Positions 19,948 to 29,186 of a DNA stretch of 64,000 bases are shown here, in pieces. Under the pieces are notes generated by a model. That model worked only from the letters and a program-made list of their open reading frames with translations. It was not told the DNA's origin and made no database searches. The DNA comes from Tagaea sp. GTDB lineage: Bacteria > Pseudomonadota > Alphaproteobacteria > CACIAM-22H2. The DNA is taken from the NCBI GenBank assembly GCA_044224405.1, contig JBGAKN010000005.1, forward strand, positions 15,725 to 79,724, written 5' to 3'. A program made the translations under genes and the position numbers. How positions within the stretch are numbered: position 1 is the first letter of the stretch; every line of letters begins with the position of its first letter.

Positions 19948-21138
19948 TCAGCCGAAGAGCGTGCTGCGCAGTGCCGCGACCGTCCACTCGACGTCGGCAT
20001 CCGACATCATCGGGAAGATCGGCAGCGAAAGGCAGCGCCGGTAATAGGCTTCCGCGCCCGGCAGGCTGATCTCGCCGTACCGGTCGCGATAATAGGGCTG
20101 CCAGTACAGCGGAATGTAGTGGACCTGCGTGCCGATCCCCTTCGCGCGCAGGGCGCGCATGACCGCGGCACGGTGCGTCTTCAACGCGTCGAAATCGATC
20201 AGGACGGCATAGAGGTGCCAGCCATGCAGGGAACCCGCGCGCCGGGTGATCGGCCGCAGGGCCGGAGCCAGCGGGCGCAGCAACTCGTCATAGAGCGCCG
20301 CGATCTCGCAGCGACGTCGGTAGAAGCCTTCAAGCTTGCGAAGCTGCGACTGACCCAGAGCGCAGAGCAGGTCCGGAAGCCGGTAACCCCAGCCGATTTC
20401 GGGCATCTCGTGATACCAGGGGTTGGGCTCCCCGTCCGGTCCGAAGGCGAGATCCCGGTTGCGCAGACGTGCCGGATCGCGCTCGATCCCGTGTGCGCGG
20501 ATCATGCGCATGCGGCGGGCGAGATCGGCGTCGGCGGTCGTGGCGACGCCGCCTTCGGCCGTCGCGATTGCCTTGACCGGATGGGTCGAGAAGATCGCCG
20601 CCCGGCTGTGCGGCGTGCTGCCGATGCCCGGCGCGCCCAAGCTGTGGCACGCATCTTCGACGATCGCCAGCGAATGGCGCTGCGTCGCTGCGGCCACTGC
20701 GGCGACATCCACCGTCTGCCCGTTGAGATGGACCGGGAAGACGGCGCGCGGACGCCCGAGTTTCGCGGCGCGCGGGAGCGCCGCCTCGACGGTCTCCGCG
20801 GTCGCAAGACCGGTCTCGGGGTCAACGTCGCAGAAAGCGACTTCCGCCTCGCAGTAACGCGAGGCGTTGGCCGTCGCGAGGAAAGTGATGGCCGGCACAA
20901 TGCTGACATCGCCCTGCCCCAGGCCGATGCCCTGTGCCGCGATATGAAGTGCCGCCGTACCGGTGCTGCAGGCCACGGCATTCCGGCTCGAGACCGCAAT
21001 GGCAAAATCGTGCTCGTAGGCCTCCACGCGCGGACCGGCGGTAAGGAAGTCGTCCTTCAGCGCCGCGGTGACGACGGCGATGTCGTCGTCGTCGATCGTC
21101 TGGCGTCCGTACGGCAGAAATCCGGAAGCGTTCGTCAT
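19948..21138 (-). CDS. pseC: UDP-4-amino-4,6-dideoxy-N-acetyl-beta-L-altrosamine transaminase
   Basis: DegT-family enzyme with the PseC-typical N-terminus FLPYGRQTIDDDDI. Confidence 0.7.
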   Translation of the reverse strand: MTNASGFLPYGRQTIDDDDIAVVTAALKDDFLTAGPRVEAYEHDFAIAVSSRNAVACSTGTAALHIAAQGIGLGQGDVSIVPAITFLATANASRYCEAEVAFCDVDPETGLATAETVEAALPRAAKLGRPRAVFPVHLNGQTVDVAAVAAATQRHSLAIVEDACHSLGAPGIGSTPHSRAAIFSTHPVKAIATAEGGVATTADADLARRMRMIRAHGIERDPARLRNRDLAFGPDGEPNPWYHEMPEIGWGYRLPDLLCALGQSQLRKLEGFYRRRCEIAALYDELLRPLAPALRPITRRAGSLHGWHLYAVLIDFDALKTHRAAVMRALRAKGIGTQVHYIPLYWQPYYRDRYGEISLPGAEAYYRRCLSLPIFPMMSDADVEWTVAALRSTLFG

Positions 21139-21168
21139 CTTGCGTGGCCGTTTCCCGTCTTGTCCGGT

Positions 21169-22221
21169 TCAGTCGATCAGGTCGAACGACAGCGGTGTGC
21201 CGCGCGCGAGATCCCGGCGCGCCTTGCGGCCGAGCACGTTTGCGGCATGGCGCGGCGCAAGCCCGTATCCCGGACGGATCGCCCGCACATTGCGCGTCGT
21301 CAGGGCTTCGCCCGCCCGGATATTCTCGACGACATAGAGCGACCTGCGCAGATCGCGCTGTGGTGCTTCGCTTTCGCTGACCGCGTAGTCGATGCGACCG
21401 AGCGCCATATGCGCGTTTCGGGTCGCCACGACGAGCCGTTCGAGTTCGTGCGGCTCGAGCGAGAAGGCCGAGTCCGGCCCGCCGTCGGCGCGGCGCAGCG
21501 TCACGTGCTTCTCGATCAGGGTGGCTCCCAGTGCCGTCGCCGCGACCGAAACCTCGATGTCGATCGTGTGGTCCGATAGGCCGATCGGCACGCCCAGCAG
21601 GTCTCGCATATGCGGGATCGTGCGCAGATTCATGGCTTCGGGCGGCGCCGGATAGGCGCTGATGCAGTGCAGGACGACGAGCTCGCGCCCGCCCGCAGCA
21701 TGGAACGCATCGACAGCCTCCATCATCTCGGCCACGCTCGCGAGGCCGGTCGACATGATCGTCGGCTTGCCGGTGTGTGCGATGCGCTCGATGAGCGGGA
21801 TGTCGACGAGTTCGAAGGACGCGACCTTGTAGGCCGGCGCGCCGAGGCTTTCGAGCAGGTCGACCGCGGCCGGATCGAAGGGCGTGCTGAACACAGTGAT
21901 GCCGAGCCGCCGGCCGATGGCAAACAGCTCGGGATGCCATTCATAGGGTGTCATCGCCTCGCCGTAGAGCTCGTAGAGGCGGCGCCCTTTCCACAACCCC
22001 GCCTCCAGCGCGAAGCCCGGTCCGTCGTGGTCGATCGTCATCGAGTCCGGCGTATAGGTCTGCAGCTTGATTGCGTCGGCACCCGCGCGGGCGGCGGCCT
22101 CCATGATCTCTCGCGCGCGGCCGAGATCGCCGTTGTGGTTCGCCGAAAGCTCCGCGACGATATACGGGCGATGGCCATCGCCGATCTTGCGGCCGGCAAT
22201 CGTGATTTCGCGTTTCTTCAT
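21169..22221 (-). CDS. pseI: pseudaminic acid synthase (NeuB family)
   Basis: NeuB-family N-terminus (PYIVAELSANHNGDL), TIM barrel and a C-terminal SAF/AFP-like domain. The 350-aa length is typical of PseI. Confidence 0.75.
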   Translation of the reverse strand: MKKREITIAGRKIGDGHRPYIVAELSANHNGDLGRAREIMEAAARAGADAIKLQTYTPDSMTIDHDGPGFALEAGLWKGRRLYELYGEAMTPYEWHPELFAIGRRLGITVFSTPFDPAAVDLLESLGAPAYKVASFELVDIPLIERIAHTGKPTIMSTGLASVAEMMEAVDAFHAAGGRELVVLHCISAYPAPPEAMNLRTIPHMRDLLGVPIGLSDHTIDIEVSVAATALGATLIEKHVTLRRADGGPDSAFSLEPHELERLVVATRNAHMALGRIDYAVSESEAPQRDLRRSLYVVENIRAGEALTTRNVRAIRPGYGLAPRHAANVLGRKARRDLARGTPLSFDLID

Positions 22222-22258
22222 CGTGTCCTCGCCAAGCTTCCGTGCGCCTGCGGTCCGA

Positions 22259-23296
22259 TCAGCGCGTCTGCTCGATTACGTCGGCCAGCTGCGCGTCGCT
22301 GAACCATTCCGTGTTGTTGTCGCTGCCGTAGCGGAACGTGTCGGGAACCGCACGGGCACCGGCTTCCTTGAGATGCTTGTCGGTCCACGGCCCGATCGTC
22401 GGGCAGATAACATAACGGTCGTCGAGTTCGAGCGTGGTGCGGGCCTCGTCCTCGGGAATCATGACCTCGTGCAGCTTCTCGCCGGGGCGGATGCCGACCG
22501 TCCGCTGCGGCAGGTTCGGCGCAAGCGTGCGCGCGACGTCGGTCACGCGCACCGACGGGATCTTCGGCACGAAGATCTCGCCGCCACGCATCGTCGCCAG
22601 AGACGAGAGGACAAACGCCACGCCCTGATCGAGCGTGATCCAGAAGCGGGTCATGCGCGGATCGGTGATCGGCAGCTCGCGCGCGCCGCCCGCGATCATG
22701 TCGCGGAAGACCGGGACGACGCTTCCACGCGAACCGAGCACGTTGCCGTACCGAACGACGGAGAAACGCGGGCCCGACTTGCCGCCCAGATTGTTCGCGG
22801 CGATGAAGATCTTGTCGGAAGCGAGCTTGGACGCGCCGTAGAGGTTGATCGGATTCGCGGCTTTGTCGGTCGAAAGGGCAATGATCCGCCGCACGTTGCA
22901 GCGCAGCGCCGCCTTGACGACGTTTTCGGCGCCATGGACGTTCGTCATGATGCATTCGAACGGGTTGTACTCCGCCGTCGGCACGATCTTCAGTGCCGCA
23001 GCGTGGACGACGACGTCTACTTCCCGCATGGCAAGCTGCAGCCGATCGCAGTCACGCACATCGCCGATGAAGTAGCGGATATGCGGGAACTCGTTTTCGG
23101 GGAACTGGCGCGACATGTCGTGCTGTTTCTGCTCGTCGCGCGAGAAGATGATCACCTTCGATGGCTTGTGCTTGGCGAGCACGTTCCGGGCGAAGGCCTT
23201 TCCGAAGGAGCCCGTTCCGCCGGTGATGAGGATTGAAGCTCCATCGAGATCCGGGACGGGATTCTCGAAGCTGCGCATGGGCGATGCTGCTTTCAT
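22259..23296 (-). CDS. pseB: UDP-N-acetylglucosamine 4,6-dehydratase (inverting)
   Basis: Motif ILITGGTGSFGK and the PseB/FlaA1-type extended SDR with catalytic YGASK. Confidence 0.8.
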   Translation of the reverse strand: MKAASPMRSFENPVPDLDGASILITGGTGSFGKAFARNVLAKHKPSKVIIFSRDEQKQHDMSRQFPENEFPHIRYFIGDVRDCDRLQLAMREVDVVVHAAALKIVPTAEYNPFECIMTNVHGAENVVKAALRCNVRRIIALSTDKAANPINLYGASKLASDKIFIAANNLGGKSGPRFSVVRYGNVLGSRGSVVPVFRDMIAGGARELPITDPRMTRFWITLDQGVAFVLSSLATMRGGEIFVPKIPSVRVTDVARTLAPNLPQRTVGIRPGEKLHEVMIPEDEARTTLELDDRYVICPTIGPWTDKHLKEAGARAVPDTFRYGSDNNTEWFSDAQLADVIEQTR

Positions 23297-23321
23297 GTCG
23301 GTTCCGATTCCGTTGTTGCCG

Positions 23322-24389
23322 TCAGGCGATCAGTGTTCCGGCGAGAATGCCGGCGGTAATCCTGTCGATCGCGTCGCCGTGCGCCGCGCGCACGGATCGC
23401 GCGACCTTCGGCGCTTCCGGTGCTGCGATCCAATCGGCTAGTCCGACTTCGTCGCGGATGACCGCGATGCCGAACTCGCTTTCGTTGAGGCAGAAATAGC
23501 TCGGGTTGGCGCCTGCCGGCCGGAACGACGCCGCCGGCACGCCGGCAATCGCGAGCTCGATCAACATCATCGAGGAAAGGCCGACTGCCATGCGCGTGGT
23601 CTCCGGGCAGACCCACGACGGATCGGCGTCGAGACGCACGTCCTGGGCACGATTGGCGAAGACGAAGCGCCGCCACCCCTCCGAATCGTCCTGAGGATGG
23701 GGGCGGATGACGACCGGAAGCGCCGGCCTCACTTTGTCGCGCGCGACGATCACCGACTTGGCGACGTCAAATTCGTGCACGTGAGCGTCCGGAAAAAGGG
23801 CGTTTGCCGGCTCGGAGATGAAACGCAGATCGCTGCCCCTGCCCGACACTGCATTGCGGGCGAGCAGGTCGGCGAAATGCGGATTGCCCGTGACCGTCGC
23901 GCGCACGCGCCCGTCGAAGGTCGTCCGGATATCGTCCGCCATGCGCTCATCCACGACGAGCATATGGTCGATGAGAAGTTCGCCGTCCCGCCCCTCGAGC
24001 CGGCGCCTATACTCGGTCCACATGTCGCAGATCGCCGCACAAGGAATGCCGCGCGCGCGAGCAAGCCTCCACGTGGTCTTCTCCATGGTGCTGACCGCGC
24101 TCGTGCCCGTCAGTACGCAGTCCCAGCCGCCGTCCGCGAGCAGGGCGTCGAGCTCCGCCTCGTCCAGATCCCATGCGAGCGCGCGCGTCGGCAGCACGGG
24201 CCGCCGCACGGGCGGAAGCCCGCTCGCGCGCGCCAGCATTTCGCCGACCTCGTATTCGACGACGGGCGTTCCCAGGAACGACGCTTCAATGCCGGTTCCG
24301 GGCGCACTCCACCGGCGCAGCAGCGGCACCAGCAGGTTGGTGCCACCGCGATCGTGGCCGACGAGAAGGACGCGGCGCGCTGCAGTCAT
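23322..24389 (-). CDS. hypothetical protein, possible GT-B-like (carries a beta-strand-HP motif, VVIRPHP)
   Basis: No confident family assignment. An HP motif after a hydrophobic strand is shared with three other locus proteins. Confidence 0.3.
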   Translation of the reverse strand: MTAARRVLLVGHDRGGTNLLVPLLRRWSAPGTGIEASFLGTPVVEYEVGEMLARASGLPPVRRPVLPTRALAWDLDEAELDALLADGGWDCVLTGTSAVSTMEKTTWRLARARGIPCAAICDMWTEYRRRLEGRDGELLIDHMLVVDERMADDIRTTFDGRVRATVTGNPHFADLLARNAVSGRGSDLRFISEPANALFPDAHVHEFDVAKSVIVARDKVRPALPVVIRPHPQDDSEGWRRFVFANRAQDVRLDADPSWVCPETTRMAVGLSSMMLIELAIAGVPAASFRPAGANPSYFCLNESEFGIAVIRDEVGLADWIAAPEAPKVARSVRAAHGDAIDRITAGILAGTLIA

Positions 24390-25738
24390 GCCGAAGCCAG
24401 TACGAGAAGGTCGGCCGAAACGAGCGCTTCGAGCGGACGCACAAGCGTCCAGACAGGGACGCCCATCCGATCAGCGATCGACAAAAGGTCGTGCTCGCCG
24501 TCGCCGAAGTTGAGAAGATTCAGGATCTTCACCTGGAAATCGGGAATGCCGGCGGAGACATACTGCGAGTAGAGGCCGCGCTTGCCGAGCTGCGGCTCGC
24601 ACATCGGGTTCGTCCGGATCGGACGACAGTTGGTCTCAATGGCCTGCACGAGGCGCAAATAGGCCTCAAGCGAGCCCTGCATCCCGGCTTCGCTGACGAA
24701 GTCGAGATTGTCCTTCGAGGTGTGATACTCGGCGAACTCGCCGTAACGCGACCGCATCAGCGATCCGACCGGCAAGTTGAGTCCCGGCGAGCAGTACTGG
24801 CGCTCGTCGCTGCCGACCGGGTCGAAGTCGCGCAGCAGGCAGGTCCGGCCTTTCGCCGCAGCCATGTGTCGCGCAACGTGCTCGCCCGCGCGGTCAATGA
24901 TCGTGCCGGCACGGCGCGAACGCAGGAACGTGAAAGGGCCGTCGTCACCGACGCAAGTAACGACGCTGCCTGCGATCATGTTGCGACTGAGCGCTTCGTG
25001 ATGCTGCGACAGGAACGCGATGGCGCCGATCGTCTCCGGCACGAACACGGCCCGGAAGCCGTAGGGCGCACCGGGGATTGCGCGCAGTGTCTCCATCAGC
25101 GCGGCCAGAAGAACGATGCCAGAAAGCTGGTCGTTGGCGAGTGAGGGGTGGCAGATATAGGTCGAGAAGAATATCTCGCCCGGGCTCTCCCCGGGCAGAC
25201 GGAGTTGCGCATAGTCGAGCGCACCCGGCGCGAGCGTGCTGTCGACCACCACTTCGTACTCGCCCTCGGGAAGCGCTTCGCGCTGGCGATGGGTGAGGCA
25301 GAAGCCCCAGTTCTCGTTGTAGTAGCTCGCGCGATAGGGAATCGCGTCGGGATAATCGGGCAGCGAATGCAGTTGCGGCTGCAGTTCGGCCAGCGTCATC
25401 TTGCGCCGCACCGGGCAGCTGTAGCTGACGAGATGGAGATTATTCGCCTTGAAATCGATGATGCGCCGGCCCGCAGCGTCCTTGATGTAAGCGTCGCGGA
25501 TATTCCACTCGTTTGGCACGCGCCAATCGAAGCAGGCGGTACCCGTCGGAACGCGGATGCGCTCGAGCTGCAGCGTCTCGCCGACCACGTCGAGTGTGTC
25601 GCGCACGCCGGCACCGGTGATGCTGCGGCAAAGCGGGAACAGCCGGTGCATGCGCGGCATCAAGGCCGGCAGACCGTCGGCGATCGCCTGCTCAATCGCG
25701 GCGGCGCGGGTGAAATGTCTGGAGGGTTCGAGGCTCAT
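24386..25738 (-). CDS. hypothetical protein, DUF4910/M28-peptidase-fold-like
   Basis: 450-aa protein resembling aminopeptidase-like domain proteins found in glycan and antibiotic clusters. This is a weak call. Confidence 0.3.
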   Translation of the reverse strand: MSLEPSRHFTRAAAIEQAIADGLPALMPRMHRLFPLCRSITGAGVRDTLDVVGETLQLERIRVPTGTACFDWRVPNEWNIRDAYIKDAAGRRIIDFKANNLHLVSYSCPVRRKMTLAELQPQLHSLPDYPDAIPYRASYYNENWGFCLTHRQREALPEGEYEVVVDSTLAPGALDYAQLRLPGESPGEIFFSTYICHPSLANDQLSGIVLLAALMETLRAIPGAPYGFRAVFVPETIGAIAFLSQHHEALSRNMIAGSVVTCVGDDGPFTFLRSRRAGTIIDRAGEHVARHMAAAKGRTCLLRDFDPVGSDERQYCSPGLNLPVGSLMRSRYGEFAEYHTSKDNLDFVSEAGMQGSLEAYLRLVQAIETNCRPIRTNPMCEPQLGKRGLYSQYVSAGIPDFQVKILNLLNFGDGEHDLLSIADRMGVPVWTLVRPLEALVSADLLVLASA

Positions 25739-25749
25739 CTGGGCTGCCG

Positions 25750-26574
25750 TCAGAGGAACGAATAGTCTTTGGTCGGGTCCGGCAGGCGGAAGCCCTCGCG
25801 GCTACGGAACTCCTTGAGATGGGCATTGCCCGGTACGGAGTACATGTAGTCGAGATAGGCCTGCAGGTTCGTCGGATTGGACGCGGCGATCGTGAAGAAG
25901 ATCGCATACTTGCCACCCGGCGGCATCTGCACGCCCGGCGCCTGGGGCGTCGCGCAATGGATCATGCGCATGTCCCACAGCACGCAATCGCCGGCGCGCG
26001 TCTCGATGGCCCGCGCGCGCGGATGATCGCGCATCTTCTTGTCCCAGTCGAAGATCCGGCCACCGCTGAAACGATGAAGAAGACGTCGCCACCACGAGTT
26101 GCGAACGAGCTTGCGCAGCGCGGCCTTTTCCGCCGTCAGCTTCACGTAAGGATCCGGTTCGAGATGCGAACCCGGCACCAGACTGATGCCACCGCCTCCG
26201 AAATTGTCCTGCAGATAGATCACCACAGTGACGATCCGGAAATCCGGCAACCGGTGGAAGCCGTTTCCACTCATCTCAGCGCCAGTCGTGTCGGTATGGA
26301 AAGCACCGAAGCCGTGCCGCGCGATCGAATGGTGCGGCACGAGAACGAAAGGGCTTCCCAGAACTTCGGCGAGACACTCGCGGAGCTGCGGCACGTCGAT
26401 GAGCTCGCGTACGCGCGGATAGGTGATGGCCGTCTCGTTGATGACGGTCCCGCCGAACTTGTCGAACTCGGCGGTTACGAAGTCGCGCCATTCGGCCATC
26501 CGCGCCTGCGGAATGACGCCGGGAACGACGAGATAGCCGTCGCGTCCGTACTGCTCGCGGTGGGACTGGGTCAT
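25750..26574 (-). CDS. phytanoyl-CoA dioxygenase (PhyH)-family Fe(II)/2-oxoglutarate oxygenase
   Basis: PhyH-like length and a HxD...H arrangement (HTDT...H). Start taken at MTQSHREQYGRDGY. Confidence 0.55.
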   Translation of the reverse strand: MTQSHREQYGRDGYLVVPGVIPQARMAEWRDFVTAEFDKFGGTVINETAITYPRVRELIDVPQLRECLAEVLGSPFVLVPHHSIARHGFGAFHTDTTGAEMSGNGFHRLPDFRIVTVVIYLQDNFGGGGISLVPGSHLEPDPYVKLTAEKAALRKLVRNSWWRRLLHRFSGGRIFDWDKKMRDHPRARAIETRAGDCVLWDMRMIHCATPQAPGVQMPPGGKYAIFFTIAASNPTNLQAYLDYMYSVPGNAHLKEFRSREGFRLPDPTKDYSFL

Positions 26575-28349
26575 GCGGAATGGCTCTCCGTTGCCGAACC
26601 CCGGCGCGAACTGGACCGGGCCTTGAGATCGTGGACGACCAGATCGAGAAGCTGGCGGATGTCCTGCACGCCCATCGCTGCTTCGTCGGAAAGACGCACG
26701 TCGAACATGTCCTCGACCATCGCCAGGAGCTGGACGTGGCCCAGCGAATCCCACTGCGCGATCGCCGTGCGCGGCGTGTCGAGCGAGATTTCGACCGGCG
26801 GAACCGCGAATAGCTGCGCGATCGAAGCGGTCAGCTTCGCGCCGATCGCGGCAACGTCGACGCCGCGCCCCGTCGTACGGCTGGCGACATAGAGCTCGAC
26901 GAGCCGGTCACGCACGACCTTGCCGAGCTTGTTGACCGGCAGCGCATCGATCTGAAGGATCTGTGTCGGCACCTTGTACGAGGCGACCCGCGAGCGGAGC
27001 GCGCCGAGCAGGCGCGGCGGCTCGATCGGCGCGTCGGAGGTCACGTAGGCGACGACGTCTTGGCCTAGGATCGGATGCGGCACGCCGACCGCGGCCGCCG
27101 ACCTGATCCCGGGAATCGCGCACAGCGCCTCCTCGATCTCCAGAGGGAAGATCTTGTACGCGCCGCGGCTGATCACCGTCTTCGCACGCCCGACAAGAAC
27201 GATGTTGCCGTCCGGATCGATGCGCCCGAGATCGCCGGTCTGCAGCCAGCCGTCGACGAAGCTGGGCGGTTCCGTGCCGATGAAGCGGCTCGCGACGTTG
27301 GGGCCCGTGACCTGGAGCTCCCCCACTTCGCCCACGTCCATCTCGATGCCGGCCGCATCGACGATGCGGACGCGGTTGACGTCGAGCGGAAGCCCCGCCA
27401 CGCCGGGCCGCCGGATCTTCGGATCGAGGCTGTTGAGCGCGATGCCGCACGTGCATTCCGTAAGGCCATAGCCCTGGAGCAGCGGGATTCCGAAACGCGT
27501 CTCAAAGGCGGCCTGGTCCGCAGGCGGAAGATAAGCCGAGGCAGTGCCTATGAAGCCCAGATGCGTACGCGTCGACGGCGCCGGCTCGGCGGGCGACCGG
27601 TTGAGGATCGCGACGTGGCTAGGCACGAGCTGGACGAACTCGATCTTGCCGTCCGCGATATCACGCCAGAACGTCTGCGGATCGAGCTTGCGGCGCATGT
27701 GGATCGTGCCGCCGGTCAGCAGCGGCATCAGCAGGCTGCGATAGAGGCCGGAAACATGCGCGTAGGTCAGGATCGACCCGTGCTGCATCGGGCGATCGAA
27801 AGCATAGGCGCGCAGCATCGAATCGAGTTCCGCGAGGATGTTCGCGTGCGTGTGGACGACGCCCTTGGGTTGGCCGGTCGTGCCGGAGGAGAAGATCGCG
27901 AAGGCCGGCGATTGGGCCGTGCTGTCCGGAGTGCGGCGCGTTGCATGCCCCGGCGTAGCCGACAGGTCGATGTTGCGCACGCCGTCGATATGCATGGTGC
28001 GTCGCACGACGGCTTCCGGACCGACAAGACGCACATAGTCGGCAAGCTGGGCGTCGGGAATCTCGGCGTCGAGCAGCGCAAGGCACGCACCCTGCCAAAG
28101 GCCGGCAAGGATCAGGGCGGCGAGCCGGCTCGAATTCTCCATACACACGAGCAGCGTCGCGCCGGGTCCGAGGCCCGCCCGGGAAAGTTCCTCGCGCACG
28201 GCGGCAACGTTCCCGTCCAACTCGGCATAAGTAAGCGTCGCCCCGGTGTCGAGATCGCGAAAGGCAACGCGCGCGCCATGCGCGTCGAAGGACTGCGCGA
28301 GCGCGGCGGCGACATTGGCGTATGACGTGATGCGTTGGTTCGATGCCAT
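26571..28349 (-). CDS. acyl-/aminoacyl-AMP ligase (adenylation domain) fused to an acyl-carrier-protein domain
   Basis: AMP-binding motifs (SSGTTGQPKGV, YGLTE, GDLGRIDPDGNI, GRAK) are followed by a C-terminal carrier domain with the phosphopantetheinylation motif DSLGHVQL. Confidence 0.7.
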   Translation of the reverse strand: MASNQRITSYANVAAALAQSFDAHGARVAFRDLDTGATLTYAELDGNVAAVREELSRAGLGPGATLLVCMENSSRLAALILAGLWQGACLALLDAEIPDAQLADYVRLVGPEAVVRRTMHIDGVRNIDLSATPGHATRRTPDSTAQSPAFAIFSSGTTGQPKGVVHTHANILAELDSMLRAYAFDRPMQHGSILTYAHVSGLYRSLLMPLLTGGTIHMRRKLDPQTFWRDIADGKIEFVQLVPSHVAILNRSPAEPAPSTRTHLGFIGTASAYLPPADQAAFETRFGIPLLQGYGLTECTCGIALNSLDPKIRRPGVAGLPLDVNRVRIVDAAGIEMDVGEVGELQVTGPNVASRFIGTEPPSFVDGWLQTGDLGRIDPDGNIVLVGRAKTVISRGAYKIFPLEIEEALCAIPGIRSAAAVGVPHPILGQDVVAYVTSDAPIEPPRLLGALRSRVASYKVPTQILQIDALPVNKLGKVVRDRLVELYVASRTTGRGVDVAAIGAKLTASIAQLFAVPPVEISLDTPRTAIAQWDSLGHVQLLAMVEDMFDVRLSDEAAMGVQDIRQLLDLVVHDLKARSSSRRGSATESHSA

Positions 28350-28378
28350 GATTCTCGTTCCGGTCGGGCGGCCGCTTG

Positions 28379-29176
28379 TTAGCGCGCCCAGGGACGGCGC
28401 TGTGGCGGTGCCGCCAGCAGGCCGTATATGTTCCGCTTCAGGATTGCCATCGTCGATTCGTACATGGCCGCCGCGCGATAGCACCACACGCCGCTGTCGC
28501 CGAGCGCCTCGAAGGCGACTTCGCCTCGATTCGTCATGCGATCGACCAGGCGGTTGGTATCCCACTCGATGTCGGAATCCCTCCATTTCACGTGGTGAAA
28601 ATAGGGGCCCGGCTGCACGCGGCTGCCGACGACGACGGGGATCGACAGTTCTTTACTGTAGCGGTAGGGCACGCCCGCGAAGACTTCGGCGAGGTGGATG
28701 AAGAACCCGCCGCGATGGGGCGAGCGGCCGATACTGACGACGAGCGCATCGCCCTCGACAAGCCGGTGCGTGACCGACCCGTAGCCGTAGGAATGCGCGG
28801 CAGCATTCTCGCAGAGTTCCTTCGCGCGCGGCCCTATGGCGGCAAACGAGAACACCGGATGCACCGACCGGCTGGCACCGGTCCGGACACGCAAATGCTC
28901 GCTGACCGCGCCGGTTTCCGAAGCACTCGTCTCGTGCACGTAGGGACTGTCCGGACCGGTACGGTGATAGGTGAACGTCGGCGCGCAAAGCGTCACGCCA
29001 TCACCCGCCGCCTCGTTAAGCGCGTCGTAGAGAGCGGCCACGCCGGCCCGCTCCCCCGCCCCCGCCCCGCGGCCAAGCGCGGCAAGGTCCGTGATGACGA
29101 CGACATATCGTTGGCCGGCCACGCCGAGACGTCCGAAAAGCGAGCGGATTTCACCGATGTCGACGCCTGCGAACAT
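28379..29176 (-). CDS. AAC(3)-family (Antibiotic_NAT-like) N-acyltransferase
   Basis: 265-aa protein with AAC(3)-like features (GVTLCAPTFTY, HLAEV). Confidence 0.45.
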   Translation of the reverse strand: MFAGVDIGEIRSLFGRLGVAGQRYVVVITDLAALGRGAGAGERAGVAALYDALNEAAGDGVTLCAPTFTYHRTGPDSPYVHETSASETGAVSEHLRVRTGASRSVHPVFSFAAIGPRAKELCENAAAHSYGYGSVTHRLVEGDALVVSIGRSPHRGGFFIHLAEVFAGVPYRYSKELSIPVVVGSRVQPGPYFHHVKWRDSDIEWDTNRLVDRMTNRGEVAFEALGDSGVWCYRAAAMYESTMAILKRNIYGLLAAPPQRRPWAR

Positions 29177-29186
29177 CCCTCTCGGC

